Below, piece after piece: positions 60,091-61,071 of a stretch of DNA of 61,071 bases. Origin of the DNA: a virus. Lineage: Duplodnaviria; Heunggongvirae; Uroviricota; Caudoviricetes. The notes under the pieces are model-generated. The model saw only the letters and a program-made list of their open reading frames with translations. It made no database searches and was not told the DNA's origin. The position numbers and the translations under genes were made by a program. The stretch spans positions 1 to 61,071 of the IMG/VR virus record IMGVR_UViG_2778261463_000006. One strand, written 5' to 3'. The first letter of the stretch is position 1. Every line of letters starts with the position of its first letter.

Positions 60091-60347
60091 TGGATGTCAA
60101 AGAGAAGATTTTGCAGGTGATGCGTTCCCGGGCTGCCCTGCAAGATAAAGCTCTCGGCGGGGAATATCCATTCAGGATGGCAACCTGGAATCTGCGGTTG
60201 GCAATGGAGAAGGAATTTCCTGATGAAGAATGGCGTTCGGCAGATTTGCGCAAAATTCTTATGGAGATGGCTAAAGACGGAACAGTATCCAAAGATACCC
60301 ATGCCAGCCGGATTGGTCAGGCGGTATGGAGACTGGAGGTGAGGTAA
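60087..60347 (+). CDS. Hypothetical protein (86 aa)
   Basis: ATGA overlap with upstream stop. Confidence 0.4.
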   Translation: MMDVKEKILQVMRSRAALQDKALGGEYPFRMATWNLRLAMEKEFPDEEWRSADLRKILMEMAKDGTVSKDTHASRIGQAVWRLEVR

Positions 60348-60628
60348 TGGCTAACCTGCAACTTGCCGTCAAAGGTGAATACTTCGATGCCATGATTCGC
60401 GGGGAGAAAACGGAAGAGTATCGCTTGTGTAATGACTACTGGAATAAGCGCCTCGTTAACCGTAAGTATGACCGTCTGATTATCACAAAGGGATATCCGA
60501 AGCGCGACGATTCCAGTCGCAGAATAGACGTCCCGTATAACGGATATGAAATCAAGACAATCACACATCCGCACTTCGGTGATAAACCGGTAAAGGTGTT
60601 CGCGATAAAAGTGAAGATTAATAGCTAA
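60347..60628 (+). CDS. ASCH-like domain protein (93 aa)
   Basis: LAVKGEYFDAMIRGEKTEEYR motif; GGAGG RBS before ATG at 60347. Confidence 0.5.
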   Translation: MANLQLAVKGEYFDAMIRGEKTEEYRLCNDYWNKRLVNRKYDRLIITKGYPKRDDSSRRIDVPYNGYEIKTITHPHFGDKPVKVFAIKVKINS

Positions 60629-60651
60629 ATTTCAATTAACACGGAGTAATT

Positions 60652-60948
60652 ATGTGGCGCGGTAATAATCATGGCGGAAGCCAGATGATACTTACCGAAT
60701 ATACGGTCGACCCCAAAACCTATAAATCACGTTCAGTATATTTGCTTCGGCACAATAGCCGCGTAAGGAATACCGTGCTGGAGCAAAATCTGACCGTTGA
60801 AATGGATAATTTTGGGAACTTCAAGCCAACAATTGCGCTTGATGATTTTCCGCGTGGTTTAAGCGAAAGAGAAGCAATGCTGAAATTAGCAGAATGGCTA
60901 CAAAGATTAAGCACTGAGAGATCCCCTCATAATTTCCCCAAAGCGTAA
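60652..60948 (+). CDS. Hypothetical protein (98 aa)
   Basis: Clean ORF with RBS. Confidence 0.4.
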   Translation: MWRGNNHGGSQMILTEYTVDPKTYKSRSVYLLRHNSRVRNTVLEQNLTVEMDNFGNFKPTIALDDFPRGLSEREAMLKLAEWLQRLSTERSPHNFPKA

Positions 60949-61071
60949 CCATGTGTGAATAAATTTTGAGCTAGTAGGGTTGCAGCCACGAGTAAGTCTT
61001 CCCTTGTTATTGTGTAGCCAGAATGCCGCAAAACTTCCATGCCTAAGCGAACTGTTGAGAGTACGTTTCGA

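Overview
The window reads as a ~61 kb stretch of a P1-like (Punavirus-type) temperate phage-plasmid from an enterobacterial host, truncated at both ends. Identification rests on gene content and order read directly from the ORF translations and DNA motifs; P1 gene names are assigned from recalled P1 genome organisation, not from a database search. Left to right: the right end of an IS200/IS605 element (TnpB C-terminus); the darA operon (ddrA, darA, hdf, lydB, lydA); a Cin-type invertase with an invertible tail-fibre segment (S, U, U', Sv') bounded by 26-bp cix-like sites; baseplate genes and the 1130-aa Sit transglycosylase; two secreted proteins; the immI module (C1 operator, c4 antisense RNA, icd, ant); kilA-repL; tail tube, sheath and major capsid candidates; parS-parB-parA; an inserted T5orf172-like gene; the incA-repA-incC-oriR replicon; upfA/mlp/ppfA/upfB/upfC; uhr, hrdC (rdgC homolog) and dmt; a C1-controlled leader with tRNA-Asn, tRNA-Tyr, tRNA-Thr, then upl, plp and tRNA-Ile2 ahead of ban (DnaB-like helicase); a convergent baseplate/tail block; and an early-type region (TraR-like, interrupted VRR-NUC, ppp, pap, ASCH, DUF551, Ea22-like). 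At least nine copies of the 17-bp C1 operator motif ATTGCTCTAATAAATTT are present. No CRISPR array, integrase or recognisable multi-gene defence operon was found. The best candidates for something undescribed are a secreted protein sharing a 20-aa motif with Sit, a T5orf172-like gene inserted between parA and incA, and a family of degenerate tRNA-like hairpins around the tRNA cluster; all are sequence observations with inferred function.
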